Part shown: piece after piece, positions 40,424 through 53,996 of the stretch
Numbering within the stretch: position 1 is the first letter of the stretch
Layout of the letters: the number at the start of each line of letters is the position of its first letter
Assembly (NCBI GenBank): GCA_002633005.1
Contig: NMRA01000127.1
Span: forward strand, 690,438-754,437
Reading direction: 5' to 3'
DNA: 64,000 nucleotides
DNA from: Phoronis australis
Lineage: Eukaryota > Animalia > Phoronida
Program-made: the position numbers and the translations under genes
Notes under the pieces: generated by a model
Seen by the model: the letters and a program-made list of their open reading frames with translations, nothing else
What the model was told of the DNA's origin: nothing
Databases searched by the model: none

Positions 40424-40977
40424 AGGTGCTTTCCCATTAGAGGTGAAACTTCGCTTTTACCGAAGTTTCGGTAAGTGGGAAAGATTAACTCCAGTAGTTA
40501 ATTTGCAAACGAAACTTCGCTGAAAATATAAGTTAAAAGGGAAGCTTCTGTACTCACCGAAACTTTGGTGTAAGTGGGAACGATAAGAGCGAAGCTTTTT
40601 AAGTTATCGGTAGAGGTCGCGGCAATGATATACGATCACGTGAGATTCGCAAACGTGTTCTTTGTTATTGTATCATAGCCTATGTGCTCTCAATAGATGG
40701 AGGTAAATAAAGATATAAAAGAAAGCGTATTTGATGAAGAATGACGCTGATCATTTTCATGAACACTCATGAATGGCAGGAGAACAATTTTCAGCTAGGC
40801 TCGAACCCACGGCTCGATATTCATTTGAGAGTACGAATGAACTGCGCTGTCTGGTGTCTACTCTGATGACTGTGTCGCCATCTAGCAATAACTTTGATAT
40901 CGCTGCCTAGTCTGAAAGGTAAGCGAGGGTTTGGCGAAGCTTTGGTAAACAGAAGATCCCCTGATGGGGAAGCACCA
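40424..40977. mobile_element. PIF/Harbinger MITE with TTA TSD
   Basis: TTA|AGGTGCTTTCCCATTAG...CTGATGGGGAAGCACCA|TTA, with imperfect ~45-bp TIRs and a 3-bp TWA duplication. Confidence 0.85.
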
Positions 40978-43229
40978 TTAGTTCAATTTGAATTCATAGT
41001 TCTCAGTTTGGTAATGTCAAGGACTGTGAAAGCTTAATAATTCCCCTGAGATGTGGGCTTAATGAGATCAGATTAATTAGTTTTGCTGCTTCTAAGTCAT
41101 CAGTGAATGTTGACCTTTGTGGCTAATGGTTTGTCATTTGCTATATTAATATCATCAAATTCATGAAATGCCACGTTATTTAGTAATTCAATTCTTGCCC
41201 GTTAACCTCCATTGGTGTCTAGTTTCATGCACGACGTAAACCAACGATGGACAGCTCCAAATTTAGGTTCCTTCCCCGTTCTTTACCGTATAAAAAGGTT
41301 TTGGCCTTTCGGTGATGTCACATTTCTCCTCCGCCATGACTTTGGATCGAGCCTTGCTTTTAAAGAAAAACTGCGGTTCTTTTAATGTTATTAAGTCTCA
41401 TTTATTCCAGCTTAACATTTAAGTTCCAAATGAAAATTGCCAACCTGCAGCTGGTGAGACGAACTAAATAAGTTTTCCTCCAGGTAAATTAGTTGCAGAG
41501 TCAATTAGTGACTTCCACTCATTTTGTAGTATAATCCTGTTAAATTAAGAACACACACACACTTCCTGATGTAAAAATGTCGTCTGAGGCACTTAAAACT
41601 GTTGAAGCATTTTTTATACCCCTGCTGAAGGTGAAGGTCATACAGTAATGGTATTGCATTAGTTCTCCACTTGTTTCGCTCAAAATTCATCGTAAGTGTT
41701 GTGATCTTTTGGACAGTCTATGTAAAACCTAAAATTTACAAGATAAATGTATCCGATATTTCAAGTAAACTGTGTCATTCTCTTTAGGGAATGATAACTT
41801 AAAGACTGTAGGGCTTATGTATATAGACTTCAGCAGTCTTAAGAAGTCCAATGTGATTGGCGGTAAAAATAAAAATAATTGCCAAAATTGTCAGTTTTCC
41901 GTTTCTCAAAGGCTGATTTCCCTGTTGGAAATAGAAATTTGTATAAACATTGTTTTATGACATCTATACAGCTCAAACCATATTAGCGTTGGACTAAAAA
42001 TTTCTTAATCTTTGTATTATTTGGAGGAATTTGTCAAAAGTAGAATTTCATTGTGTGCGTAACCGCCTTAATGTTCATGATGACACCTATCCTGTTTTGT
42101 TATTCATTTTGGAAATGCTCCCCAAATTTAATCCCTTGATCTTAAAGGAAGACGTTAGTCAGTAATTAGAAATTATTTAATAACATCTCTACTACAGAAG
42201 AATGACCAAGCTTGAAATGAGTTGCCATCCAGTAATTTTCATTCTGAAAAAAAGATTGATCACTTTCTACTTAGTGCACAAATTGGCTTTTAATGTTACT
42301 TTGTTTGACTTGTCTTGATTGAGCGTGAAATAACGTAGGCTTCATGATGAATATGACTTCTCTCCTAAAGGGACGTTCGCACTATCGATTTAGAATGGTG
42401 GACTAACTCTTTCTCGACCAGAAGATTTTTAGACCCAGTGCGAAAGGTGGTGTAGGCCAGTTTAAATTTAAAACGGTACTAAAGTTTGTATGCTTGAAAA
42501 GACTGCACTATTGAGTGGACCTAAGTTATTCCAATCACTTTAGTTATACGTTCAATCCAAAGTATTTTTCTTGACCGTCCTAAATCGACTCTCCACTTCT
42601 CACCAAACACGGAGACTTCGTGCCATTTTGCACACTCGACATTGTGTCGTCAGGTGCTCATTGTACAACTTGTAAGTCCAGACTAACTCTAATGTGAAAG
42701 CAGCTTTAATTAAAAAAGCAAAGAAATTATCATCATTAGATCCAGGTTGTCTTTCATTCCGTTGTATTGTATCCATCGAGCTCAGGAGAGTACAAGACAC
42801 ATTTTGCGCAATGCTGGATTGACTTTTAAAGTCACACTCATTCGGTACAATGGTCAGTTGCCATACGATGTTATCACGTACTTATAAAAACAAGCTAAAT
42901 GTTATTTCCCAAATTTTCAACGCACATCATGATTTATAAAAAACGAACTGTTTGTGCGACTCTTGTCAATCCTTAAGTCATAATTTATTCTTACGAAGTT
43001 AGAGTCTCTATATCAGCCAATGAGAATTATCCAAGAGGATTGTTGGACTTGTGTCTTTAATTTCCGTTGTGTCATTAAAACACAATGTGCAATAAAGTCA
43101 ATGGTGAACAGAGATAGCAGATGTAAGAAATTTTAATCTTTGCTGTATATTTTTGCGTTTGAAAAAAATATTTTTTGAGCCTTCAAGTTCTGTTAAAAAA
43201 GACGAGGGTTGGCTTTGGTGGGAAATTGT

Positions 43230-43336
43230 ACTAGCTTGTATTGATGTAGTAATGTACGCACTCTTGCACTAGCTTGTATTGGTGTAGTAATGTACGCACT
43301 CTTGCACTAGCTTGTATTTATGTAGTGATGTACGCA
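43230..43336. repeat. Tandem repeat, 38-bp unit x2.8
   Basis: ACTAGCTTGTATTGATGTAGTAATGTACGCACTCTTGC repeated. Confidence 0.95.
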
Positions 43337-45493
43337 TACGACAACATCATACTGAAATTTGCAAAATAATATTGTATCAAATAAGCATGGCCAGAAAAGT
43401 CAATATTTGAACCTGGTTCTCACAAATAATCACGGAATTGCATCATATTTCTGTGTCTTAAAGAATTTTTTCTGGGTTTGGTATTTGGCGAGCTAATCAT
43501 ATTTGCTTTGTTATGTTGCTTTAATGACAGTATCTACAAGACTTTATGCAGAGACACTTGTAATTTATGGATTTCGCGTAGTTGCCATTAAAAAACGCTG
43601 TCAAAATGCTAAAACTCAGGAGATGGATTCAGATATTTTATTACGACATTGTCAGCGAGGATCATGTTCTCAAATATAACAAGTGCTAAAAGTGCAGACC
43701 TCCAGGTTTTACAGTTTTTGCATTTAAGTCACACACAGTGCTGATACGATCAATTCAAAGTCACTTCAAACTATGGGCTCCTTTCATGGGACTTGTATGT
43801 AGTCACTAGATTTGTACAAAACCTCTATTACCGTATCAAGAAGCCTGTTTATCTGGAACACTCATCTCAGTCCCTTTTTATCAGTGACACTTATCTGAGG
43901 TCCTTTTGTCTAGAGCAGGGCAATCACTGGATTAACCGTGACTTCACAGCAATAAAAAACTGGCTGAATAAACTGATATATCATGATTTTTCAACTGTTT
44001 GACTTCTGAAATTAAATTCCACATAAAAAGTTAGGTTGCTCCTAGTAATATGATAAAATCACTCAAAGGAAACATTGAAGATGCAGTTTCCTGGAACCCA
44101 TTGAAGAAGGTAATTTCAAGTTCTGACGCCGCACAAAAGACTTTAGAAACACTTAACAAGGGCCTACATTTATGTCTGGGTTTAGCCTTGAAGGTAGTGT
44201 CTAAGTTTCTTAAACTTTGGCATCGAACGGCACTCGGGTTTGCATTCTGACATGTGAGAAACATTTAGAAAAAACACCGTGAAAGCAAGCGTTTCGCGAA
44301 TATGCTCGCGTTCTACTCGCATACAATTCGGTTGGAATGTTGAATTTTGGGATATAATGCACTGTTTCTGTTACTTAAGGGAAATTTCCCGGGGCAAGTG
44401 CCCTGGAGTTTCTTGCGTGTACGGAACCCTACCCCAGTTGTCAATTCTAACTTTGTTGTATAGTGGAGCCCGCTTAATGAGTCATACCCTCTGTTTTTAT
44501 GTAAATTATGATAAAAAGTAGGATGTACCGTTATGAGGTTTAGACTTGGTCGGGTGATTGTAACAGCGGTGCCATGATGCAATATGGCAAATGAATTAGA
44601 TTACCAGTAGTTTTTATACAGAGAAGTGAAGGTACACATGCTAATTATACGCGGGTCAGAATCAGTTTTGATGATTTGTTGTCTGGGAATATGAAATTAT
44701 GCAGGCTAGTGTTCATGGATTTAAGCAGAAACGATTTTATATTTCATGACAGTAACCAGGATATTCTATTATCTGGGTATGACAATAAATGGCCTCCACT
44801 ATGCTCCTATCAAAGTGTCACCCAATACCAGTCACAACACACACAGCATGTGTAGGGCATGTCTTAACATAATAGTTGACACCATTAACATAATAGTTGA
44901 CCCCATTACTATCTTGTGCAATCTTCTTTGCAGGAGGGATAAAGTGCCAATGATCTTTGTCCAAGTGCTTGTGATAAAGGTTTCTTATAAATAACATAGA
45001 TTTTACTTAACCCCTATTCTTCAAGGTTCTGGAAAGATCAAATAATACTATCTCAAGAACTCACCCTAATGTAATATGGGTGGTCTTTAAGGGTGCACAT
45101 CTTAATCAACCATATCTATTAAAAACACTTGAAAAGTTGATTTTAAGGTACAAAATTTTCAGACTCTGACTTTCCTTTGCTCTTGACAAATTTGTCAATT
45201 ATTCTAATTTTTTGTTTCTGTGATGGAAATCTCGACATTTGACACAGCTGACTTGACACTCCTGACTGAGCATGTATTCTGACACTCCATAGGTGTGGAA
45301 TTTCACACAGCGCAAATTGATTCGGCACTGTCAATTTGTCTGTCATTTTTAGAAAGAGCAAATGCCACCTGATCACCTTGCTTTAAGGTGTCTCTTATGA
45401 ATCTGAACGAAAAGTAGTATCGAGGCAAAACCACTTGTCTCAATATTGTGCTTGCAGAGTTGTATCTTCAAGCATGTGTACGTCACTGTTTTG

Positions 45494-46009
45494 AGGCCCT
45501 TTCACACTGACTTAACTCTGGTCTGAGCAGAGCGTCGCCGTATTTAACTGTGAAGTTAACTAAACCGTTCATACTGGCTTCGATAGTTAACGGACATCGA
45601 AGTAAATGGTAGGTGACGCTGTTGTGTCATCGAAGTAGTTGCAAGGTAGTGCTGCACACTAAGATTTTTTTGATGTGACAGTTTGGGAACATTCACATGT
45701 GCTAATTGACTAATACTTATTTTAATTTGACTAGTGATTATTCGAGCAAAATATAAGCAACTACGGTATTAGTGACAACACTGCCCTTTAATTGTTGGTG
45801 ATAACAGTGGTACCTGGTGGTAACTTTGATGGGACCAAAGTTGACCGTTCATATTGCACCGCAGCATCGACACTCCACTGTTAAATCCACTTGTTTACTG
45901 CGAAGTTAACTGGCGCTGTTAACGTTGATCCAGGACCGAAGTTCACTGCTCGTATACTGACTGCAACTCCCCAAAACATCGATGCGTCGATGCTACTATG
46001 AAAGGGCCT
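45494..46009 (+). mobile_element. Full-length family A Harbinger-like MITE
   Basis: TIRs AGGCCCTTTCACA and TATGAAAGGGCCT with TTG/TTA flanks. Five related copies occur in the window. Confidence 0.88.
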
Positions 46010-46087
46010 TTAGAGTCGGCAGTGTCACTTTGCACCATGTCATTGTTTAGGTAATGTTACTGACGAGAAAAGTGATTTTCTGAGATC

Positions 46088-46155
46088 AGCCTCAGCTCAG
46101 ATTTGAACCTAAAGTCTGCGCAGTAGTAGCTGAACCCTCTTCTGCTGAGCTAAAT
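46088..46155 (-). repeat. Degenerate tRNA-derived (SINE head-like) sequence
   Basis: The minus strand has A-box-like TAGCTCAGCAG and B-box-like GGTTCAAATCT at tRNA-like spacing, but no intact cloverleaf. Confidence 0.4.
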
Positions 46156-47744
46156 CAACGCCATAAACGACGGTATTTTAAGCATGCCTAGATGGAAAAG
46201 GCACCTACCGTGATTTCAACGAATGTCTAGCAAACAACAATGAGAATTGGACATTTGTAATAAAAGCAAAAAAGCGTAACGAATTTTATTGTTTTGTAGT
46301 TCTGGTCAAAGCTGATCACTTAAAAAAATCTGTCCGCCCAACAATAATCCTCAAAATGCATTTTTCAGCTGTACAAATTACAATATCCCTTTAACATGAA
46401 CTTAAAAACGTGGTTGTCATGGGCGGGGTTGGGTTGAATACTCTGTTAAAACCATTCTATAATCATATTCTAATCGGTTTCATGTAATCTCATTACGCTT
46501 TCGTTCCATTGACTCCTAGAAGTTGCTTGTCTCAGAAGCCATCAACATTGTTGATATAAAACAATTGAGTTGTATGAAGTAAGAAATAAAGATTATCCTT
46601 CGGAATATTTATTGCAAATAAGGCTTGTGATAATGATTTCAACCACTCAACTGTGTGTGTCTTCAAGTATTTGATACTCCTTATCTAAATGGTCATGTAA
46701 CTTCTGTTTGTCCTATAGTTATAAATCATCATTTATGGAGGAAACAAGATTTGAAAGTAATGGATACTTTGAATTTATATTGTCTTGTTGGTCCCAGAAT
46801 ACCTTTCTTAGGGTGGTCAGTCCAGACTGCAGAGGGGCTCTTTAACTTTTGCAATTTGGACTTGGAACAGCTTTCACGAATTTAAGTCCCAATCTGGACA
46901 GGACTTTATAAGCCAATGACAGTATGGCAAAAAAATATTTAATGCACAGTATCTTGGATAAATCGATTTTTAAAAATTTTTTTCAACAAAAACAAGTCAT
47001 CAATCAGTTTTATTTCATTGCGACATGGAGTGAACTTCCCAATGGCTTATACCCCAGCTCTCAAACAGAGCTAAAGGTCTGTTGAAAATTTTCCCCCAGA
47101 TTCTGTGAAATGGACATAAATCCAAACAAATTCATAGTATGGGTGTAAAATAGTTGTTGAATGTACTGATGCTTACCAAATCAAGTTCCGTTAAGTACAC
47201 ATGGCATCATAAACATTCTTGGTTATATTTCGCTCTTTAACGTCACATCTTCCTGTGCTCAAAGATTTTGACCTAATGACATTGTATTATAATTAATAGT
47301 GACCGGAATACCACCCAATTAGCTAAGTGAATGGCTTAGTTCACGAAGAGCTCACCGCTAAGTGAAAAGTGCAATTAGCCGAGTGAAAAGCGATATAGTA
47401 TAATGACAAATTTTGGAGTGAATATCTTTTGAAGGGCTTAGTTTCTGTGCAGTCATATTTGCTGTATCATTTCTGCTGATAAATTTCATTTTTTTCTTCA
47501 TATAATCATATTTTATATGTGCGTAGGTTAATAACTGATGCGCAGTTTGAGCGTCATATGTAAGGCATGAAATTCTACACTTTCAATGTACGGACTTCCA
47601 ACCCTGATTGCATTCAGGTTTGGTTTACCAACTGGACTGCACAATTGTCATTTACCATTTGTTAAACTAAGGAGCTTTTGCAGCTGTTGAAAGCTCAGGA
47701 AGGTCTCAATTATAACATTTTTAACATCAGGAGAATCTATCATA

Positions 47745-48063
47745 TTTCTGTAGGCAATAATGTTTCTACAGGCACTAGTGTTTTTCTATAGGCAATGTTG
47801 TTTTTCTATAGGCAATAGTGTTTTTCTGCAGGCAGTGTTGTTTTCCTACAGGCAATTGTGTTTTTCTGCAGACACAGGCGTTTTTCTGCAGACACTGCTG
47901 TTTTTCTACAGTCAATGGTGTTTTTCTGAAGACACAGGTGTTTTTCTGCAGTCAATTGTTTTTCTGCAGTCAATGGTGTTTTTCTGCAGACACTGGTGTT
48001 TTTCTGCAAGCAATAGTGTTTTTCTGCGGGCAATAGTGTTTTTCTGCTGGCAATAATGTTTTT
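47745..48063. repeat. Diverged minisatellite, 20-bp unit (TTTTTCTGCAGGCAATAGTG-like), ~16 copies
   Basis: Directly visible periodic array. Confidence 0.92.
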
Positions 48064-49029
48064 GACCAGAATTGACGTTTTCATAATAGATGAGTTTGAA
48101 CATTTTATTCAGATTTTGATTGCCTACTTGTTTTCTGCTCTACTTGAAAACCTGCAAGCCCACTCATTTTAGAGTTCTCTTTTTGTAGTGAAATGCCAGT
48201 GGTCTGGTTTCAGCTATTGACATTATCAGACAAGTTCATTGTCTGTCTGAGGACAAATATAATATTACCAAAGTTCTCACTTTAAAGAGGCAATTTCATA
48301 AGTGTCATTTTCTTGGGGAATCGAGTATTGTTTAGTCTCAGTGTGTCCTCTGGGGTTGAAAAAAATGGTAAAGCTTGTTAATTTGTTTTGTAATACTGGG
48401 TTTTATAAGGAGGGCGTTTTTCAGAGGTAACCTGAAGTAACCAGTGAGTGATGTGACTGGTGTCCATGTCTCGAGAAAGTTGACATTATGAAGGTTGCCT
48501 TAGCAATTAGGCTTACATGGCCTTTTGTTTAGACCGCAATTTTGTTCTCTGCCGTCCAAAATTGTTTTTTTTTTTGTAGCATTTGATACAATATTTTCGT
48601 TTATTAACAACAAACAAAAATAGGCCTATGACAGAACTCAACTATTAAGTGGTGCAGTACTTTGCACTATGAGACATGAACACTTTGCACCAAGGCATTG
48701 TGTGAATGTTAAGACATATACAATGCATCTAAGCTAGCTAAATATGTTTCCTATTTCAAAGATACACAGTCGTATATACATGAAACGCCAAACAAACGAA
48801 GTTTTTATTTTAGCACTGCTGTGAGTCACTTTCGCCATGCACTTGCCGCAACCCATGACAATATCGTTTGCTTACTTTAAGTATAAGCCCATTCAGAACT
48901 GTTGCATCAAGTCGCTCAGTCTGAAATCTAAAAGTTTAAAGCTCTTAACATCACTCTGTTCGTTACCGCTACATCTTTCAAGAAACAGACGATAGCTATA
49001 AACCTCCACAGATATTTCGTGCTTTCTGT

Positions 49030-49565
49030 TCTTTTTTATGTATTTATTATCATTTACAAACAATTACAAAAACAAACACCATTCATTCACGCATGCACAC
49101 CTGAGGAAGACCATTCTCATATCTCGTTTAAAGTAAATATCTTCTACATGTAGTTAACATGAACAATAAAATTTTCCCATTTCGCAGAGAAGCTGTCATA
49201 TACAAAGTTTTTATATGCATTTAATTTTTCAGCATTATAGTATTCATAAGTTTTTTTGTGACATCTCTCCTTGTAAGAGTACTGTTTAGCTAGTAGAAGC
49301 AAAATGTTAAATAGAAAATCATGCGTCTTGTAAAGTCCAAGAATAACACTATCGTAAGACAGACAGTTGGGAAGCTGAATGCGACACTTTTGAAGTAGCT
49401 TTCCGAATTCCTTCCAGAAATCTTGTACAAAGCTACATTCCCAAAAAAAGGTGTGACAGCGTCTCTGGAGTTTTATTACAAAAGGAACATAGATCAGAAT
49501 CCCTAACACATATTTTGACAAAAAAGGTATTTGTTGAATATTACACAGGATTATTGCAACAAATA
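49030..49565 (-). mobile_element. L1/Tx1-clade LINE 3' fragment
   Basis: The minus strand reads TNTFFVKICVRDSDLCSFCNKTPETLSHLF, then frameshifts to WECSFVQDFW...VILGL...NILLLLAKQY...KW, a zf-RVT-type ORF2 end. AATAAA and an A-rich tail follow near 49050-49030. Confidence 0.85.
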
Positions 49566-51429
49566 CCATTATTACCATCCAAAATTGTTGGTCCCATCAC
49601 CCGTAAGTTCGCCTCTCAATTTGGTTTTGTTGTGTTTCTGGACAGTACAGTTACAATCGAAATAGAAAATAAAACTGAAAACATTCCTTAATGACTTACA
49701 GGTTTGACCCAACTTGAAAATAGTAGTTCACATAACATTAAAAAAGAGGTCACTAAAATCAGCTGCCGCAAACTACTGCCACAATTTTTGTTTTGCTTGC
49801 TGATCAACCTGTATATATGTTTTCTCTTACAGCAATTTAATAAATAGTAAATGTACATTTGATATCCTTCCATAGCCATCCGTTGTTTCAAAATCCACCT
49901 GCATTTGTATCAGGGTAGTACATATTCTATGGTAGTAAAATACAAAGTTTTTATATTAATATATTTTTTGCAACTTTGGTCTGACATGGCTGACAAACAA
50001 CGTCTCGATTTGTTTTCAAAGTTTCAAAGCACAAGTTTCTGACAAACATGAAGGTCAAAATCCTTTCCAAAAAAACTGACAAGCGTCCTGAGTGCTGACA
50101 AAGTTGACAGACAAGACATTTTCCTACAGTAATCTAGTCTAGACCACAGTAATTCTATACTTATTTCCCACAAAATAATTGCCAAAATGGTCATTTGTTT
50201 TTTAAATCTAGGCTAATTACTTTGTTACAAATTGTGGAAAATGTACCCAAAGGTTGTTTTATAACATCTACACAGTACAAACCATGCTTAAAGTAAACTA
50301 AAATTTTCTTAATCTTTGTTTTTGTGAAGAAATTAGACAAAATGGAGTTCACCTTGTTGGCCGTACTGTGCTAACTAAGGGAAGAGTTACTTAAACTCAG
50401 ATACGAAAATGAGCTTGTGACAGATGCTGACTTACAAACAGAAAGTTTGGTCTCGAAAACACACTTACCCTTTGCACTACTTTGGCGGAGGCCCCTGACT
50501 GTTCACAGAACTGTAAAAAGCTACAGTAGTCATACGCATTTATTTCAGAGGTGACACGAGGCAGAATGAGAAAATGAAGAAGTAAACTTTAGTTTTTTTT
50601 TCAATTTTTCAACTGCGTTTGAACGTGATAAGGTGCTTTAAATTCTCTCTCACAATTTCGTTTCCATTCAGGTGTACATTAATATGAAGGTTTATCTGCA
50701 CCTGTGTCATGTGCCAATTCTCTTCGTAATGACTATTCGTTGAGCACCTGCGTAGTTTATTAATTACTTTTTTGAAATGACAAAAGGGTCTCATTCATAA
50801 CGACCGTGTCTTCAGTTGCGTAGGCCCAGGTTGAGTATCACTTGCTGTCCCCAGGTTAGAATGTTCTTATCAATATTTCCATCCTTTTGACTGATTACCT
50901 TACACGAGTATTAGTTCGGCCTTTATTAGCCGTGTCACTTTTAATATCTTGGAAGATTTATTGCCAACTCTTACAGACAATCTTTTCACGTCATTTTAAA
51001 TTACATTCAACATAATTTCAAGCATACAAAATTAGCCAAATCTTATATCCAAACATTACTCTTTAAAAATATTATCATTTTTCAAATGTAAACAGAATGT
51101 TAAGTAATGTAGTCAAATTTTTAATTTCGTCTCATGCACCATCAGAATGACGGTCACAGTTGAATGAACTTGGACTTGCGTTCGCATGAGAGACGAACAA
51201 ATCTAACGTCTTGAGTCAGATCATTCACTGTAATCTAATTTCATGGTAAAAAGACAAATTAGGCATCTGGCCACGCTAATTTTTTCAAGCAGGTTGCAGA
51301 TTTTTGGTTCTCATTGGATGGCATATGAGCTTTAGCACCAACTTAGCGTCGGTGAAAACTGCAACATAAATTGAACCTTTCAGACCCAGGCTTCTGTAGT
51401 TATCCCATTCCAAAGTTGAAGCAGTTTGA

Positions 51430-51797
51430 TGCCTGAATCATTGAAGTTATCGCAAGACTGCATACGGGTGTAATTTTTTAAATTTGTAATATTGTATACA
51501 CGGTTGGATAACGAATGAAGTGAAATAAATGCCTGTATGGACAGAATGACTTATTATTTGAAACATATCAAACAGTACCACCACTCATGCCGTTATTGAC
51601 AGCGACACCTGTGGATAACTGCGACGACAATGAACTTAACCGTTCATATTAGATTGAAATGTCGATGCTCTGCTGTTAATTCCACCTATTTACTGCAAAA
51701 TTAACTTGCACTCTTCGATCCAAGACCAAAGTTAACTGTTCGTGCGGGCTCACATTTTCTGAAACGTTTGTGCGTGGATGTTGGTATGAAAACCCCT
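51430..51797 (+). mobile_element. Highly diverged partial family A MITE
   Basis: gaagttatcgcaag, accgttcatatt, ctgttaat.tccac.t.tttactgc, and end tatgaaaacccct. Confidence 0.6.
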
Positions 51798-53286
51798 ACA
51801 GATACCCGAGTGACAGAAGAGCGTCATTCTTCCTGACTTGCACTCAGTCTTACACTTCCTGTTGCAGCTGGTATGTATCTAAAGTTTACATACATTGTGC
51901 ACCTAGGGTGTAAGTTGACCCAACTGGAATTTAGAAGCTGGCCTAATAGCATTACTAACCTTTATTTTTATGTAGTAACAGTTAAGGGAAGTTGAACCTT
52001 GTGTAATAGTGTAAACACGTATGTCATCCTGAACATGACTCTTAAATTCCTGGGTCCTTGCTGCCTCTATTTTTGGGATGGAATGTGGACCCCCTTCCAT
52101 CCTAAAAATTATTTTAAAATCAGGTGAATTTCCCCTTGCCAAGCCTAAAAATTCCTGAGAAAATTCCCCTCTTAGAAGTCACAGGCCCTTAATTCGTGCA
52201 ATTGATACAAGTTGATACCCTTGATTCAGATTAGAAACTTGACCTACGATAGGAGTTTAGAAAGCAAAAATAGAATTATTAATACAGTGTTGTAAGTGTC
52301 CTGCTTTAACATTATCCTTGCTGTTTCTGAGCTAAGACTTTTATGATATTAAACTTATGGATGTCCACCATAATATTATGGAAGTCTAACAATGCATGTC
52401 CTTTCAGGAGACCGCAAAATCCGTAACTTCACGTTTGGATGAAATTAATTTTATCACGCCAGTACTACCATTGATGGAGCTATAATTTCGTTGAAATATC
52501 GTAGTAAAAAATTAGATGTGTTACCATCCTTATTTCAGAGCTTGAATTTTCTGGCAAACTCAAAATTAAAACAAGAAGGACTGATCAAGTGTCCCAGCGT
52601 AACATTCTCGTTAGATGTGACGTGCATATACAATAATAGGGTTAGGTACGGTATGTATCCTGTGAAATACAGTAGCTAGCTGAACAGGTGTCTTGGGCGT
52701 TGTATGGAATAGACATTAATACCTACATTGAGGGGGAAATTACCCCGATAGCGTGTCTGCCTGTTAGACTCATTTACACCAAGGACTTGAGGATTGAACT
52801 ATCCAAGTACATTGGCTTTTAAAACCAGTACGTTTTGTTTTGTTTTTTTTAATGGCGGTTTTTGAAGTGAGAGTGGGATTGTACAGAGGAAACTCTTGTC
52901 GAGGTGTTGATTTTGTCATTCTTAAAGTTCCTGTAACATACAATACCTTTGGTTTGTAATTGTTTGATTTGTTTCATGAAATCCGTCTGCCACCCGTAGC
53001 ACACATCCAAGCACACGCCCATTTAAGTACAACAGGAAATAAAAAGACTGGAGTCGGAATTGTTCTGCAAAACTGGCACAGGCACAAACAGGCACAAGCA
53101 CAGGCATAAACAATGTTTTCTAATCTGCTTATTCTTCTGACTCAGCTCAATTGGAACTCCTCAATGGGAAATCAACTGTCATTTTTTCTGTTACCTGTCA
53201 TGTCAACCTACATTTTTTAAATAGATTGTTGTTTGTGAAGGACAGGGTCTGTTTCATGAAATTAAATCAGTATTGGCCATAGTAAG

Positions 53287-53514
53287 ATTAATAAATGGAC
53301 GATCGCCGCACAAATAAAAAAGTTCATGTTCATTCAACATTTCGTCTATTCATTAGACATCTTCAGAATAATTATATACAAAAGACAGCAAGTGCCAACA
53401 TACAGCTCAGGTAACATCCATAAAGTGAACTGATACTAGTAAAAGATACAATGAATCTGTTGAATGCCGGAATATGAACTTTTTTATTTGTGTGGCGATT
53501 GTCCGTTTTTTAAT
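53287..53514. mobile_element. Foldback MITE with ~55-bp inverted arms
   Basis: ATTAATAAATGGACGATCGCCGCACAAATAAAAAAGTTCAT pairs with ATGAACTTTTTTATTTGTGTGGCGATTGTCCGTTTTTTAAT. Confidence 0.85.
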
Positions 53515-53585
53515 GTTTCGTACAACCGACTTGTGACTTCAGACAGAATTTTTGTCTTACTCCCCCTCTTCATAGTGCAGAAAAA

Positions 53586-53981
53586 AGTCCCGTTTAGACA
53601 TCAACTTTTGGCCCGGCGCAACTGACACGGAGCAAATTGACCCGTGTCAAGCAGCCGTTTACACACACAACCGTGGCAAGACGGAAATCAAAGGCTGGAG
53701 AGACTGGATTGCACATGCGCAGGTTTACAAATGACGAGAGTTACAGAGACATTGCACAAGCGCAGTAGATATGATCTTTTCCGCCTTGCTCCAGTTTCGC
53801 GTTTAGACTTATAATTGACATGGCGCAAGATGTTCGGGCGCAAATTGCTCTACCTCACAAACGGATGGCAAAAATTTGTCACCGTGGTGTCAATTTTCTC
53901 CGGTGTCAGTCCGTTTACACACTGGAACAACTTGTTCCGTGTCAGCTGATTCGTGTCAACTTTGTAAGTGTAAACGGCACT
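53586..53981. mobile_element. Family D Harbinger-like MITE, inverted copy of 18076-18498
   Basis: AGTCCCGTTTAGAC...GTGTAAACGGCACT, with long reverse-complement identities to the 18 kb copy. Confidence 0.85.
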
Positions 53982-53996
53982 TAAAAGATGTAACTA

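Noticed and set aside
46088-46155. tRNA gene
   Set aside because: Only degenerate A and B boxes; the stems do not form a cloverleaf.
47760-48103. Overlapping repetitive ORFs on both strands
   Set aside because: Translations of a 20-bp minisatellite.
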